Shown: positions 31,976 through 41,559 of the stretch, piece by piece
How positions within the stretch are numbered: position 1 is the stretch's first letter
Layout of the letters: each line of letters starts with the position of its first letter
Assembly (NCBI GenBank): GCA_963731735.1
Contig: CAVSWO010000002.1
Location: 128,529-192,528 of the forward strand
Source of the DNA: Candidatus Kerfeldbacteria bacterium
Lineage (GTDB): Bacteria > Patescibacteriota > Patescibacteriia > SBBC01 > CAIJZX01
Length of the DNA: 64,000 bases
Direction: 5' to 3'
Notes under the pieces: generated by a model
The model's database searches: none
Told to the model about the DNA's origin: nothing
The model's input: only the letters and a program-made list of their open reading frames with translations
Made by a program: the position numbers and the translations under genes

Positions 31976-32023
31976 TAGGTGCCATACGTCAAGTCGTGAA
32001 TCAGACTTGTCATATGGCACCTA
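31976..32023 (-). terminator. Hairpin terminator after FAD oxidoreductase
   Basis: taggtgccata/tatggcaccta and caagtc/gacttg arms, followed by a U-rich tail on the minus strand. Confidence 0.6.
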
Positions 32024-32048
32024 GTAAAAGGAGCTGAGAAAATACACT

Positions 32049-33380
32049 CTAGATGACATGCTTCTCGTCCGAAGTGAATGAACGCGTCGGACTGAAAGCG
32101 TGCATGTCGATCGCGAGCCTGTCGAAAGGAGCCGGAAGCAACACCCGACCAGCTTGATTAATACCATCCGTGAGAATGGCTTCAACCAAGAAGGCGGTAA
32201 TCGGCGCATGCATGAGGCCGTGACCAGAACATCCGACAGCATGGATCAGGTTGGACAGGTTCGTATCCTGACCGATGATCGGCGTGTGATCTGGCGTCGT
32301 CGCATAGTAACCAGAAAGCGTGGCGACTATTTGACCCTCGGCCAATTCAGGAACGAAGTCACTCATCTGCATCAAGGCACAGATGCCGTGGTTATCATCC
32401 CCATTCTTGTGGTTATATGGCGGCTCGATCAGATCCTGATCCGAGTCTTCGAAATCCGGTTCAGGAATGGCATCATGAGCCCAGCCAATCATCAGCCTGA
32501 CGTTGTCCGGACGCGAGTAGACGCCCCGATTCCCACCCATACCATAAATGATCATGGGCATTTGTTTCCAGTTTGCCTCCCCGAACTGAAGAAGGAATTC
32601 CGGTTGCGGGACAAGGGAGTACAGATATCGTTTCTCTGGTACGATCGAGATCTCCATCCCACCGATCGCCCGCGAGACTCGCGGAGCCCAAGCGTTGGTG
32701 CAATTGACGACCATGTCGACTTCTAGACGGCCTTCTTCCAGACCGCGTCTCGTCTTCAACGCCACAATCTTTCCGTCCAGAATTTCTGAACCAGTCACTT
32801 CCGTCCACGTCAGGATTCTGACACCTATCTCTTTGGCGTACCGTGACGCTTCGCCATAGATCACCTCGGGCTGCAGAAATCCGTCATGCGGACACCATGT
32901 CGCACCGATGAGATGTTCGGTTCGGATATGAGGCCAGCGTTCGCTTACCTGCTCTGGAGTGAGCAGATACACGTCCAGACCGACCGCACGTTGGATTGCG
33001 TACGCCTCTTGCGCGGCCTGCCAGGACGCCACCAATGCTTCGGCATGATCGGGATTCGCTTTCGCGTCCTCATACAGGAAAAGATACCCGTTATGAGTAA
33101 TCACGTCTCGGCGGTCATCCGGCCTGGTATGCATGTGGTCATGAAACTCGTCGAAATACTGCTCTGAATACATCATACCGATCACCGTCTGCGGATTGCT
33201 GAACTGTGCACGAATGCACGCCGCTGACCGACTTGAAGAACCGTTGCCGATAGCTGCTTTCTCGATTAGCGTAACATCAAAACCACGCTCGGCGAGACGA
33301 ACAGCGCACATGGCTCCGACCGATCCACCACCAATGACCGCGGTACGTGTCGCGGTTCCGTGAGAATTGAAGAGTTTCAC
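32049..33380 (-). CDS. FAD-dependent oxidoreductase, DAO / sarcosine oxidase beta family
   Basis: VIGGGSVG, GSSSRSAACIR, TPDHTPIIG, GCSGHGLMHAP; GTG 33380 preceded by GGAGG. Confidence 0.9.
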   Translation of the reverse strand: MKLFNSHGTATRTAVIGGGSVGAMCAVRLAERGFDVTLIEKAAIGNGSSSRSAACIRAQFSNPQTVIGMMYSEQYFDEFHDHMHTRPDDRRDVITHNGYLFLYEDAKANPDHAEALVASWQAAQEAYAIQRAVGLDVYLLTPEQVSERWPHIRTEHLIGATWCPHDGFLQPEVIYGEASRYAKEIGVRILTWTEVTGSEILDGKIVALKTRRGLEEGRLEVDMVVNCTNAWAPRVSRAIGGMEISIVPEKRYLYSLVPQPEFLLQFGEANWKQMPMIIYGMGGNRGVYSRPDNVRLMIGWAHDAIPEPDFEDSDQDLIEPPYNHKNGDDNHGICALMQMSDFVPELAEGQIVATLSGYYATTPDHTPIIGQDTNLSNLIHAVGCSGHGLMHAPITAFLVEAILTDGINQAGRVLLPAPFDRLAIDMHAFSPTRSFTSDEKHVI

Positions 33381-33542
33381 TTTTCCCTCCCAAGTAGTAG
33401 AACACTTAGTTCTATCCTGCTGAGTATTGGGTAATACAACGGAAATGGCTTGAGATGCGCCAAAACAAGCACGCAGACACCTGCCATACTTTATTGTCAA
33501 AGGCCATTCTTGCTTGGTCTCTACACCAAAACCAACCACATT

Positions 33543-33594
33543 GTCAAGCGCCGTCGCGACGGCGCTTGACCACCTCTCACCCACATGCTACCAT
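33543..33594 (+). promoter_or_regulatory. Perfect 28-bp palindrome containing the -35 of the racemase promoter
   Basis: gtcaagcgccgtcg|cgacggcgcttgac at 33543-33570; TTGACC-17 nt-TACCAT with extended TG. Confidence 0.7.
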
Positions 33595-33606
33595 CGAAAC
33601 ATCGTT

Positions 33607-33678
33607 ATGAATCTATCAATCGATACATCTTCACAAGCCTATTATTACGTAATTTCTCTCCTGCAGAAGTTGCGGTAA
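33607..33678 (+). CDS. Putative attenuator leader peptide MNLSIDTSSQAYYYVISLLQKLR
   Basis: 23-codon uORF 12 nt after the -10 element, with TAT TAT TAC at 33640-33648. Confidence 0.6.
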   Translation: MNLSIDTSSQAYYYVISLLQKLR

Positions 33679-33704
33679 TTCTATTCTAGATAATAGTTAC
33701 ACCA

Positions 33705-33732
33705 ACCGCCCTCTGCAGGCGGTGTTTTTCTT
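33705..33732 (+). terminator. Attenuator-type intrinsic terminator before racemase
   Basis: accgcc-ctctgca-ggcggt followed by gtttttctt; competes with pairing to 33660-33676. Confidence 0.65.
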
Positions 33733-33752
33733 ATTATCCTCACCTCAAGTAT

Positions 33753-34439
33753 ATGACCCAACTCAGTAAACCAGTTATCGGCGTCCTCGGCGGACTTGGA
33801 CCAGAGACTACTGCCGAGTTCTACAAAGAACTCATTGCTTCGACGTGCGGTCAAACACGACCTGCGGTCTGTATCTGGAGCCTGCCCATCGACCGACGCA
33901 AAGAAGCAATATTTATTGCGACAGGTCAACATGGTGACCATTTTCGCACCCTCATGGTTGATGGCACCAAAAGACTCGTTTCAGCTGGTGCTACTACGAT
34001 TGTTATTCCGTGTAACACTGTGCATGAATTCTTCGACGAGGTCTCGGCAAGCGTGTCGGTTCCATTCACGAACATGATAGATCTTGTTGCTGAAGAAGTT
34101 GCGCGTCGTCAATGGAAACATGCGTTATTATTGGCGACTAGCCGAACAATCCAGACTCAACTCTTCCAACGAGCTATCCCAACAACAAAAACTGAGCTTG
34201 GTTTGCCTTCCCCAGCTGATCAGCAAACGCTTGATCGAACCATCCAGGGTTTGTTGAAGAATGATCGAGACACATCCCACAGACAGTTCCTACAGCATCT
34301 CATGGCTCAGGCAAAGACCGATCATGTGATCTTGGGTTGTACGGATTTACAGCTTCTATGGACAGCCAAAGACTCCGTCATCGATAGCTTGCATCTCCTT
34401 GCTCAAGACACTGCTCGGCTAGCAGGTGCTAGAGTCTAA
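33753..34439 (+). CDS. PLP-independent amino-acid racemase (Asp/Glu racemase family)
   Basis: IGVLGGLGPETT..FY, IPCNTVH and ILGCTDL (two catalytic Cys). Confidence 0.9.
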   Translation: MTQLSKPVIGVLGGLGPETTAEFYKELIASTCGQTRPAVCIWSLPIDRRKEAIFIATGQHGDHFRTLMVDGTKRLVSAGATTIVIPCNTVHEFFDEVSASVSVPFTNMIDLVAEEVARRQWKHALLLATSRTIQTQLFQRAIPTTKTELGLPSPADQQTLDRTIQGLLKNDRDTSHRQFLQHLMAQAKTDHVILGCTDLQLLWTAKDSVIDSLHLLAQDTARLAGARV

Positions 34440-36007
34440 ACTCCGTTGCACATAACGACAACCCCGGATAATCTGAAAAATATGTGAAGCCATAGTCATG
34501 AAACTACCTTGAAGAGTCTGGATTACTTCATGGTGCCATCCGTGGACTGATAACAGCAATCTATGCTTATATCCATGGCAACGAAAACTGGCCCTGCTCT
34601 TTTTAGCTCTTCGCGTTTGGCATAGAGGACTGGGATGGACACAGGGACACGGGCCTGGTTTACATCATCATCATTAATCCATCTGTCCCTGACAAACAGG
34701 GTAAATCATTCATCCACTTAAAACATAAATCGGTCATTGAGGCATATATGTTAGTCAGACGAGTCATCGAGGCAGGACTAGCAAAGGTGCTCAAATGAAT
34801 ACGATGCTGTTGTTCAGCAGTGCTTGGACCTCCATGCTAGCCCCAGCTGTCGCACGAAAGCGCCCTCCCATTGCTGTACCTTGAGCACTTCTATTAGGGA
34901 AACACCTCTCCTTTCCCTGAGGGACCTGTTCACGGTAGTTTTATCTATTTGAGCTGAGGAGGGGTCTCTTATTGCTTCGTTAGCTTCCTGGTTGTGGTAT
35001 GAACTTCGTGCGCCGATGTGAGCTATTCTCCACCAAAATGATGGGTCACCCAAACAGCCAATTTGGACTCCACATGCGTTCCTTGTGGCTACTATTGTTC
35101 TCCCTGCTAAGCAATGCACATATCACCAGCAATGAATCAGAATTGATAGCCTCTATCCAAAAATAAAAAAGGCAATACTTCAAGCTGATAAAAGCTGTGT
35201 GCTGATCTTAGCCATGTTCCACATGCACAGGTCATCAACCATGACGGTGACTCAGCTGCTGCTATCAGTGATTAATGGCGGACAAAAGCGTTGTTCTTAT
35301 GTGAACGCCTTATAGTCGGCCAAGAGCGTCTGGCCTATTCCTAAACCGGACTCCTATAAACTCCCCAAGGCTGTGACTACTTTACTTTACAAAAGAAACC
35401 ACACACACGCCTCTGGGCTGCCTCACAATGACTGCCTGAGGCTCACTGGGCAGTCATTCTCGCCCCCAGTCACTCGACTAGACAGCTCGCTTCCTCCGTG
35501 ATCACTCACTGCTCCGCCAAAATTGCTGACTTTTGGAACCGCTGGCAAGAAGCCGGCACAGGGAAACTCTACCGTGGTGCATCGTATGTAGAGATATTCA
35601 CATATTACGGGCCTCAGGCTCCGAATGGTGGCCTGTATCGCCCGACGGCCGGACAACGGCGGTACGGGCGCAAATCGCCGCTTACTTCAGCGTCAGCATC
35701 AGCACCCATCCGAGCGGTCGCGACAGCATCAGCCCACAACATTCAATTGCCGCCCGGCTGATGGCCGGGTCTCCTCCGACGGCGCCAGCCAGCCCGAGAT
35801 CAGCCTGCCTAACCTCTGGCCACACTGTCACATCATTTGCCTTTTTACAACGGCAGGTTCAAACCAACATCCACCTATCGTCTATACCGATCGGAGACGA
35901 CGGGGTTCTCGACCAGATCGGCGAAGTTGCTATCAATCCGTCCTCCGCCTGACCCGCGCATGGAGCCAGCTGGCGGGGACTCGGAGACGCCTCTCCGGTG
36001 GTGAACA

Positions 36008-36547
36008 ATGGGGTCGAGCCGAGTGGGATGCACATGGTTGGATATGGGCAATGAACCAATTCACTGTGGCCAGCTTGTTCATGAGTACTGGCCAGCTGAT
36101 CAGGTCAAGCAGGATATCGCACACGAACTCTCTCCTTGTGCTAGCTGTTGGCTGGCGCTCGATGCGGAGCAAGTGGTTGGATTCTGCTGGGGATACCCAA
36201 TTACACTTGAAAACTTGGAGCGGAAGCTGGCGACTCCGATCATGCTCCGGTTTCTGTGGAAGTGTGGCTACCCGCCGGGTACCGAGGTGGCTTATCAGGA
36301 TGAGCTCGGTGTTCTCCTTCCCTACCGCTCCCACGGTATCGCGCGCCAATTGGTCACCATGCGTCAGCTCAGTTTTGACGCTCAGCGTCTTACCCTGAAC
36401 ATTGTCCGAACGCGGAAATCACCTCCATCAGTAACGTACCTCTGGTATACGCGCGATGGGTACCGCGAGATCGGATCGTATCCGGATGGACGCGTAGTCC
36501 TCGCCAGAGAAGTTGCTGGGTATCTCATCCCGCAGTCGGAATACTAA
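36008..36547 (+). CDS. GNAT-family acetyltransferase (N-terminus probably frameshifted, extending to about 35860)
   Basis: VVGFCWGY, YQDELGV...YRSHGIARQL acetyl-CoA motif, WY...GY. Confidence 0.7.
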   Translation: MGSSRVGCTWLDMGNEPIHCGQLVHEYWPADQVKQDIAHELSPCASCWLALDAEQVVGFCWGYPITLENLERKLATPIMLRFLWKCGYPPGTEVAYQDELGVLLPYRSHGIARQLVTMRQLSFDAQRLTLNIVRTRKSPPSVTYLWYTRDGYREIGSYPDGRVVLAREVAGYLIPQSEY

Positions 36548-36565
36548 TCCGACACATCGTCAGCC

Positions 36566-36593
36566 AAGCCTCACAATATGTGGGGCTTTTTTT
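36566..36593 (+). terminator. Intrinsic terminator
   Basis: aagcctcaca-ata-tgtggggctt followed by a T-run. Confidence 0.75.
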
Positions 36594-36626
36594 CTACTAC
36601 TTCATTTTGCGATGCGATAAATATTG

Positions 36627-37496
36627 CTAAACTCCTTTTTTCGTCTCTGATAAGCTCTCCCAAAAACCAATCAACTTTGGATCGTAATGGTGCTGACTGG
36701 ACATTGGGATGACGAAATCCTTGTCCCACTGCTTGAATTCACCATGGAGCGTTTGTGAGAAGAGTCCCTTATAACTCTTTACCTTCTGTTCAAGATTTGT
36801 ACTGAAGGAATATGCCTGAAAGTGCTTGAGGTATTCTGGATCATGCTGTTCTAAATATTCAATGGCTGCCTTCTCTCCACGCCAAGGGATGTTACGAAAA
36901 GAGAAATACGCTGTGACTAACTCGGTAATGCTGTACAGCAATCGAAGTTCAAGAGTCTGGTGGTAAAGGGTATTATTAGATTTGTAGTACCGGGTATTGG
37001 CAATATAGTTATAATTGACCTTCACCCACAAGTCCTGTTGTTCTTGCTTAGCAAATGTGAATTCTGGGGACTGATGTTCAAGTTTCACGCAAAGCTTCTT
37101 GAGTAAGGCGTCAGGATCGTAAACGATTTTTGCCAAAGTCAGCCACGTTACAAACATGCCATCAAAGTCATTGGCCGTGAAGGTGTTCTTGGTATTCAAT
37201 CGCTTAAGGAAGCTCGTATCAAAAAAGAAGATATCGGCGAAATGATCCTCAATCGTGGTATAGATGGACTTCAACCCAACCGTATTAGTATCAAGAATAA
37301 CTATGAGGTCAATATCGCTCGAGTCCGTTATCGAAGTAGCTGTCGATCCTGTTAGAAAAATTCCTCGTACTCGCGGGGAACGCTCGAGCTTATCAATGAC
37401 TTGAGAAAGCGAAAGGCTAGACACGCGGGCTTCTACTTCAGCAACTGTTTTACCTTCTCCACCACTTCCGCCGGAGAATTCATCGCCTTGACCCAA
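36627..37496 (-). CDS. Nucleotidyltransferase-domain protein (Pol-beta superfamily) with helical C-domain
   Basis: IFLTGS...SDIDL motif and a third Asp in ADIFF. True start probably GTG near 37424. Confidence 0.75.
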   Translation of the reverse strand: MGQGDEFSGGSGGEGKTVAEVEARVSSLSLSQVIDKLERSPRVRGIFLTGSTATSITDSSDIDLIVILDTNTVGLKSIYTTIEDHFADIFFFDTSFLKRLNTKNTFTANDFDGMFVTWLTLAKIVYDPDALLKKLCVKLEHQSPEFTFAKQEQQDLWVKVNYNYIANTRYYKSNNTLYHQTLELRLLYSITELVTAYFSFRNIPWRGEKAAIEYLEQHDPEYLKHFQAYSFSTNLEQKVKSYKGLFSQTLHGEFKQWDKDFVIPMSSQHHYDPKLIGFWESLSETKKGV

Positions 37497-37840
37497 TAAT
37501 CGGTGGCACCAAGTTCTTTGGCGCGTTCCACGTTACCCTGCATTTTTTCATCAAGATTGGTGAGAATAACTACGGGGACATCTTTCGTGGCTGGATTCTT
37601 CTTTAGTTGTTCGAGCACTTCAAACCCCGATTCTTTATCAAGTACGTCCGTAAGCCCGCGATGCTTGGGCATAATGAGATCCAGAAGAATAAGATCTGGA
37701 TGAACCCGCTGAGCGGTTTCCAGACCTTTTTCTTGGGTAGCGGCTGGGAGAAACTCGAATGTTCCTTCAAGTGAAAACTTAAGGGTATAGAGATGGATTA
37801 GCTCTTGTTCGTCATCAATAAATAGTACTTTTTTCTTCAT
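37433..37840 (-). CDS. Single-domain response regulator
   Basis: FIDDE, PDLILLDLIMP, ILTNL, YWVK. Confidence 0.9.
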   Translation of the reverse strand: MKKKVLFIDDEQELIHLYTLKFSLEGTFEFLPAATQEKGLETAQRVHPDLILLDLIMPKHRGLTDVLDKESGFEVLEQLKKNPATKDVPVVILTNLDEKMQGNVERAKELGATDYWVKAMNSPAEVVEKVKQLLK

Positions 37841-37844
37841 AAAG

Positions 37845-38228
37845 TTATTCTTTGGCTAATCGTTCAAGAACCTTATTCACCACTTGCTGTGGTAGGAGTT
37901 CTGCCTTGATAAGGTACTGTTCCGCCCCAAGTCCAAGGCCTTTAGCGGCATTATCTTTTTCACCTACATTGGTGAGCAAAAAAACTGGGATACTAGCCAG
38001 TGACGGATCTTCTTTTAAGCGTTTGAGAACCTCAAAGCCATCGAGATCATCCATACGGATATCGAGCAAGATCAGATTTGGCTTACTCTTCTTGGCTAAG
38101 GACAAACCCTCATAACCACCATAGGCAATCAAAAGGTTCAAGCCAGCCACCTTGAATTTAATGCCATACATCTCACACAAAACGCGCTCGTCTTCGATTA
38201 GGAGTATCTTGGCTTTTTTAGGATCCAT
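37845..38228 (-). CDS. Single-domain response regulator
   Basis: LIEDE, PNLILLDIRM, LLTNV, YLIK. Confidence 0.9.
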   Translation of the reverse strand: MDPKKAKILLIEDERVLCEMYGIKFKVAGLNLLIAYGGYEGLSLAKKSKPNLILLDIRMDDLDGFEVLKRLKEDPSLASIPVFLLTNVGEKDNAAKGLGLGAEQYLIKAELLPQQVVNKVLERLAKE

Positions 38229-38230
38229 AA

Positions 38231-40425
38231 TTATTTAGTAGAGTGATTTTGTTGATGAATGGGAAGTGTGATCGTGACCGTGGAACCCTTTCCATCTCCG
38301 TCACTAATGATGTCAATCGCACCGTGGTGCTCGTCAATCACGTTCTTGGCAATAAAGAGTCCGAGACCAGAACCGTTGGTGTGCTGGTAAGTGGATTTTT
38401 CGCCTCGGGAAGACTTCTGGAACAACTTCGAACGGTCAGACTTTGGAATGCCAATACCGGTGTCCTTAACGGTGAGGACGACTGCCTCACCCTTAACCCC
38501 CAGACTGATTGTTGTGCCACCGGTATTTGTATATTTCTCGGCGTTATCGATAATGTTCATTAAGACCTCGTGGAGCATCTTTGGTTCGGCCTCTATCTTT
38601 GGTAGCGGTGGCTTCGGGTGATTAAACTTTAAGTAGAGCTCCTTATGGTCATAGTTCGGTTTGAGGTCACCACAAACACTATCGATCATTTCCTCAAGTT
38701 GTACTTGTTGGAAGTCAAAATGAAGACTCCCGCCCTCAAGCTCCATCGCTTTCAGCAAATCGTTGACGATACTAGAAGCCTATTTGCTGAGTCCAACATG
38801 TGGTGCTGTTCGGTTTTCTTTTCGTCCTTCGATAAGCTATCAAAGTCTCCGTCTGCTTGCATAGCCAATAGTCCACGAACAGCTGTCAATGGCGTGCGGA
38901 GCTGGTGGGAAGCAATAGTAAGGAACTCCGACTTATTTTAACGAGTTCTTGCAAATGTTCATTTTTATCGGAAATGTCCCTTGTTTGCTCATCAACCTTT
39001 GAGCGGAGATTCTTGTTGAAGTCTTGAACTTGCTGATAGAGCAAGCCGTTTTGAATAGCAATTGATGCTTGGTCAGCGATGGAATCGAGGAGTTGTAAAT
39101 CACCGGACGTGTAGGCTTCCTTGGTTACCTTTGATCCTAACACAACAATACCAATAAGATGCTTACCAAACGTTAACGGCAAACAGAGCGCCGCTTCAAT
39201 CCTTTTCATATTTACAACGAGCTTCCCCGACCTCGCCATTTCCTTGTCCCGCGACTTGCATCCCTTCCAGTTCCTGCAACAACACGGAACGTCGATTTGT
39301 TGTAAGATAATTCGTTAAAAAGTTGTTACGAACAAGTGAAATACCGTTTTCCTCATTGAAACCAATGTTTTTGACGATATGGTAATTCGATGTCGTTTGG
39401 TCATACAAGAGGACACCTGCTCGGTCGAGCTTCATAGTGCTCTTAATCGTCTCAACGACTGAGTTAACAATCTGTTGAAGATCAATGGTATGCGTCAGTT
39501 CGCGCCCTAAGTCAGCTAACGTCACTTGCACGTTATACAGACTGGTAAAGAAGAAACGATTGGCTAGTCGTTCGATCCACAATTTGAGTGGATCGAAGAC
39601 GATTAAGCCAAACGTGATAACGGCTAAACTCCATGGGATAGGAGTACTGCCAGAAAAATTGTTTGATCCCCAGTCAACAAGTAATCCAGAAACACCAAGA
39701 ATAATTGCGAATGTTAATAGATAAACTGTCGTTCGTTTAAAAATAATACGAATATCTAGGAGTCGGTATCGCACAATAGTGTATGCGACGGTCATGATAA
39801 AGACGAGCGGAGCGACGTTAGTAAACGTTATTAACGCCGAGGAGTGAAAAACGAGTGGGGCAACGACATTGAAGAGAATAATACACGTGAAGCTCAGGGC
39901 AAAACTTCCGAGAATATATTGAAGCTGTGTTCGCTCGATTCCGAACCTGGTTCGGATCTGATGGACAAACTGCTTAATAATCCCAAACAAGTAAAGAAAA
40001 AAACCGATGAAGAAATAGCCCACCGCCCAGCCCGGATGCGCTACGATATTTCCATTATTTACCTCGACGCTTTTGAACATCCATGGACTGAGTGCCAGTG
40101 CCATACTGGAGACCACGACAAATGCTGATAATACAACAGTCTGTCGCCGAGTAACTAATGATCGATGCGGAAAGTTGCTAAGAAATAAATACCAAGACGG
40201 GGTCAGAACCGAAGCAAAAAACATAGTCCAACGTATCCAAATGACTATGCGGGATGGATCGTGATAGAACGATGTCAGGTAGTTTGAACCGATGGCGCCA
40301 GCAAAACCGATGGAAAAGATGAACAGCAACATATGCAGCGCCGATCGTCGGTTATTCGACAACACAACGCCCGCCAGAATAATGGTGCTCGCGACCGAGA
40401 GGATAGTAACAATGAGACCAAACAT
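38231..40425 (-). CDS. Membrane sensor histidine kinase (HisKA_7TM-like, GAF, HisKA, HATPase), about 3 frameshifts in this consensus
   Basis: Multi-TM N-terminus ending YTIVRYRLLDI; GAF motif LCLPL..IG..LG.K; H-box ASHQLRTPL near 38900; N-box NIIDNAEKY, DTGIGI, GSGLGL. Confidence 0.88.
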
Positions 40426-40426
40426 A

Positions 40427-41559
40427 TTAGACAGCAAAAAGTTTTTCGAATGGACCGAAACACATGAAGGCAATTGGTCACCAAGGGCTATGCGCTTGAT
40501 GGCGTACGTGACTAGAGAACCACCGAGGAATGAAGCTAGGGCAAGTTGTGGATGGCCAGCAAGATGTGTCCCCACTCGACGAATGGAATCCAGCATGCGC
40601 GGGGAAATATCTTTCACTCCAATCATCTGCGTCGCCAGTCGTGCTATTTCCTGATACTCTAAGGTCGTAGGTACATTTTCCAATTCCTTCTCCGGCACAC
40701 GGCCACCAAACATTGGTGTATGTTGGTCGAGATCATGTCGCTCAATATCAAGTATCGCCCCATCTGCCAAATCCGTCGCCATTAAAACAGCGATCCGGTG
40801 TTGACGAGCAAAAAGACGAAGTTTGATTTTCATTCGGATGTTGTCAAAAGCATCAACCACAATATCTAGTTTCTGGTCACCGAGGAGAAAAGCCTCTAGA
40901 TTCTCTTCGGTAATCGCCTGAGGGAAAAGTAAGGGTGCCGCAAATGGATCAAGTTCCGTTATCTTACGAGCCAGAACTGTGGTTTTTTGTTCCCCCACGT
41001 CTGCCAGCGTCGCGTGCATGCGATTTAAATTGCTCGCCTCAATAATATCCGGATCGGCCATCCGAAGTGACTGCCCGATGCCACTAATCGTAAGTGTCAA
41101 TGCCTGAGCTTGACCGACGCTGAGACCGATAATACCGATGCGTATTTGCTGAAGCTTACGCTGTTCCTCGATCGTTACAAGATTACGGTTTCTCGCGGTA
41201 CGCAGTTGAAAATAGTCATCCGCAGCCGGAACATGGATGAGCTCTCGATTCCATGGATAATAGGCCCATACCCCACACCGTGCTGAATTTTCTTGGTTCC
41301 CACGGTGTGACTGAAGCCAGGATTCATAGGCGATTTTCAAACCTTGGGGATCCGATTTTAACGGTGGATGGCTGATGACGTACAGCTCACGAAGCATCTC
41401 ATCATATCGATCAAGAACAACCACGTCCCGCGCCTCAGCTAAAAAGGCATCCAGTCGATCCACCTCGTCCGGACGACTCATATCATACAAAACTGGGCGA
41501 GCTACATCAGTATCATCTGTGTGACGACGTTGCCACTGCTCAAGGCGTTCTTCAAGCAT
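40427..41559 (-). CDS. ThiF/MoeB-family adenylyltransferase, Rv1355c/MoeY-like
   Basis: WAYYPW, RTARNRNL..EEQ, IGIIGLSVG, ADPD.IE.SNLNR, HPQLA. In the consensus it reads into the kinase, but an alternative frame ends GPFEKLFAV* directly before the kinase ATG. Confidence 0.85.

Noticed and set aside
34440-35860. Possible small genes or RNA between racemase and GNAT
   Set aside because: Only short broken frames and a promoter-like TTGCAC-17-TAATCT are visible. No product can be supported, and these are probably remnants or indel-damaged genes.
39196-41559. Apparent novel ThiF-sensor kinase fusion (787-aa ORF)
   Set aside because: Another frame ends GPFEKLFAV-TAA one base before the kinase ATG (TAA-T-ATG, the same junction seen at 13934 and 61881), and the region is indel-rich. 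Two genes are more likely, pending read checks.
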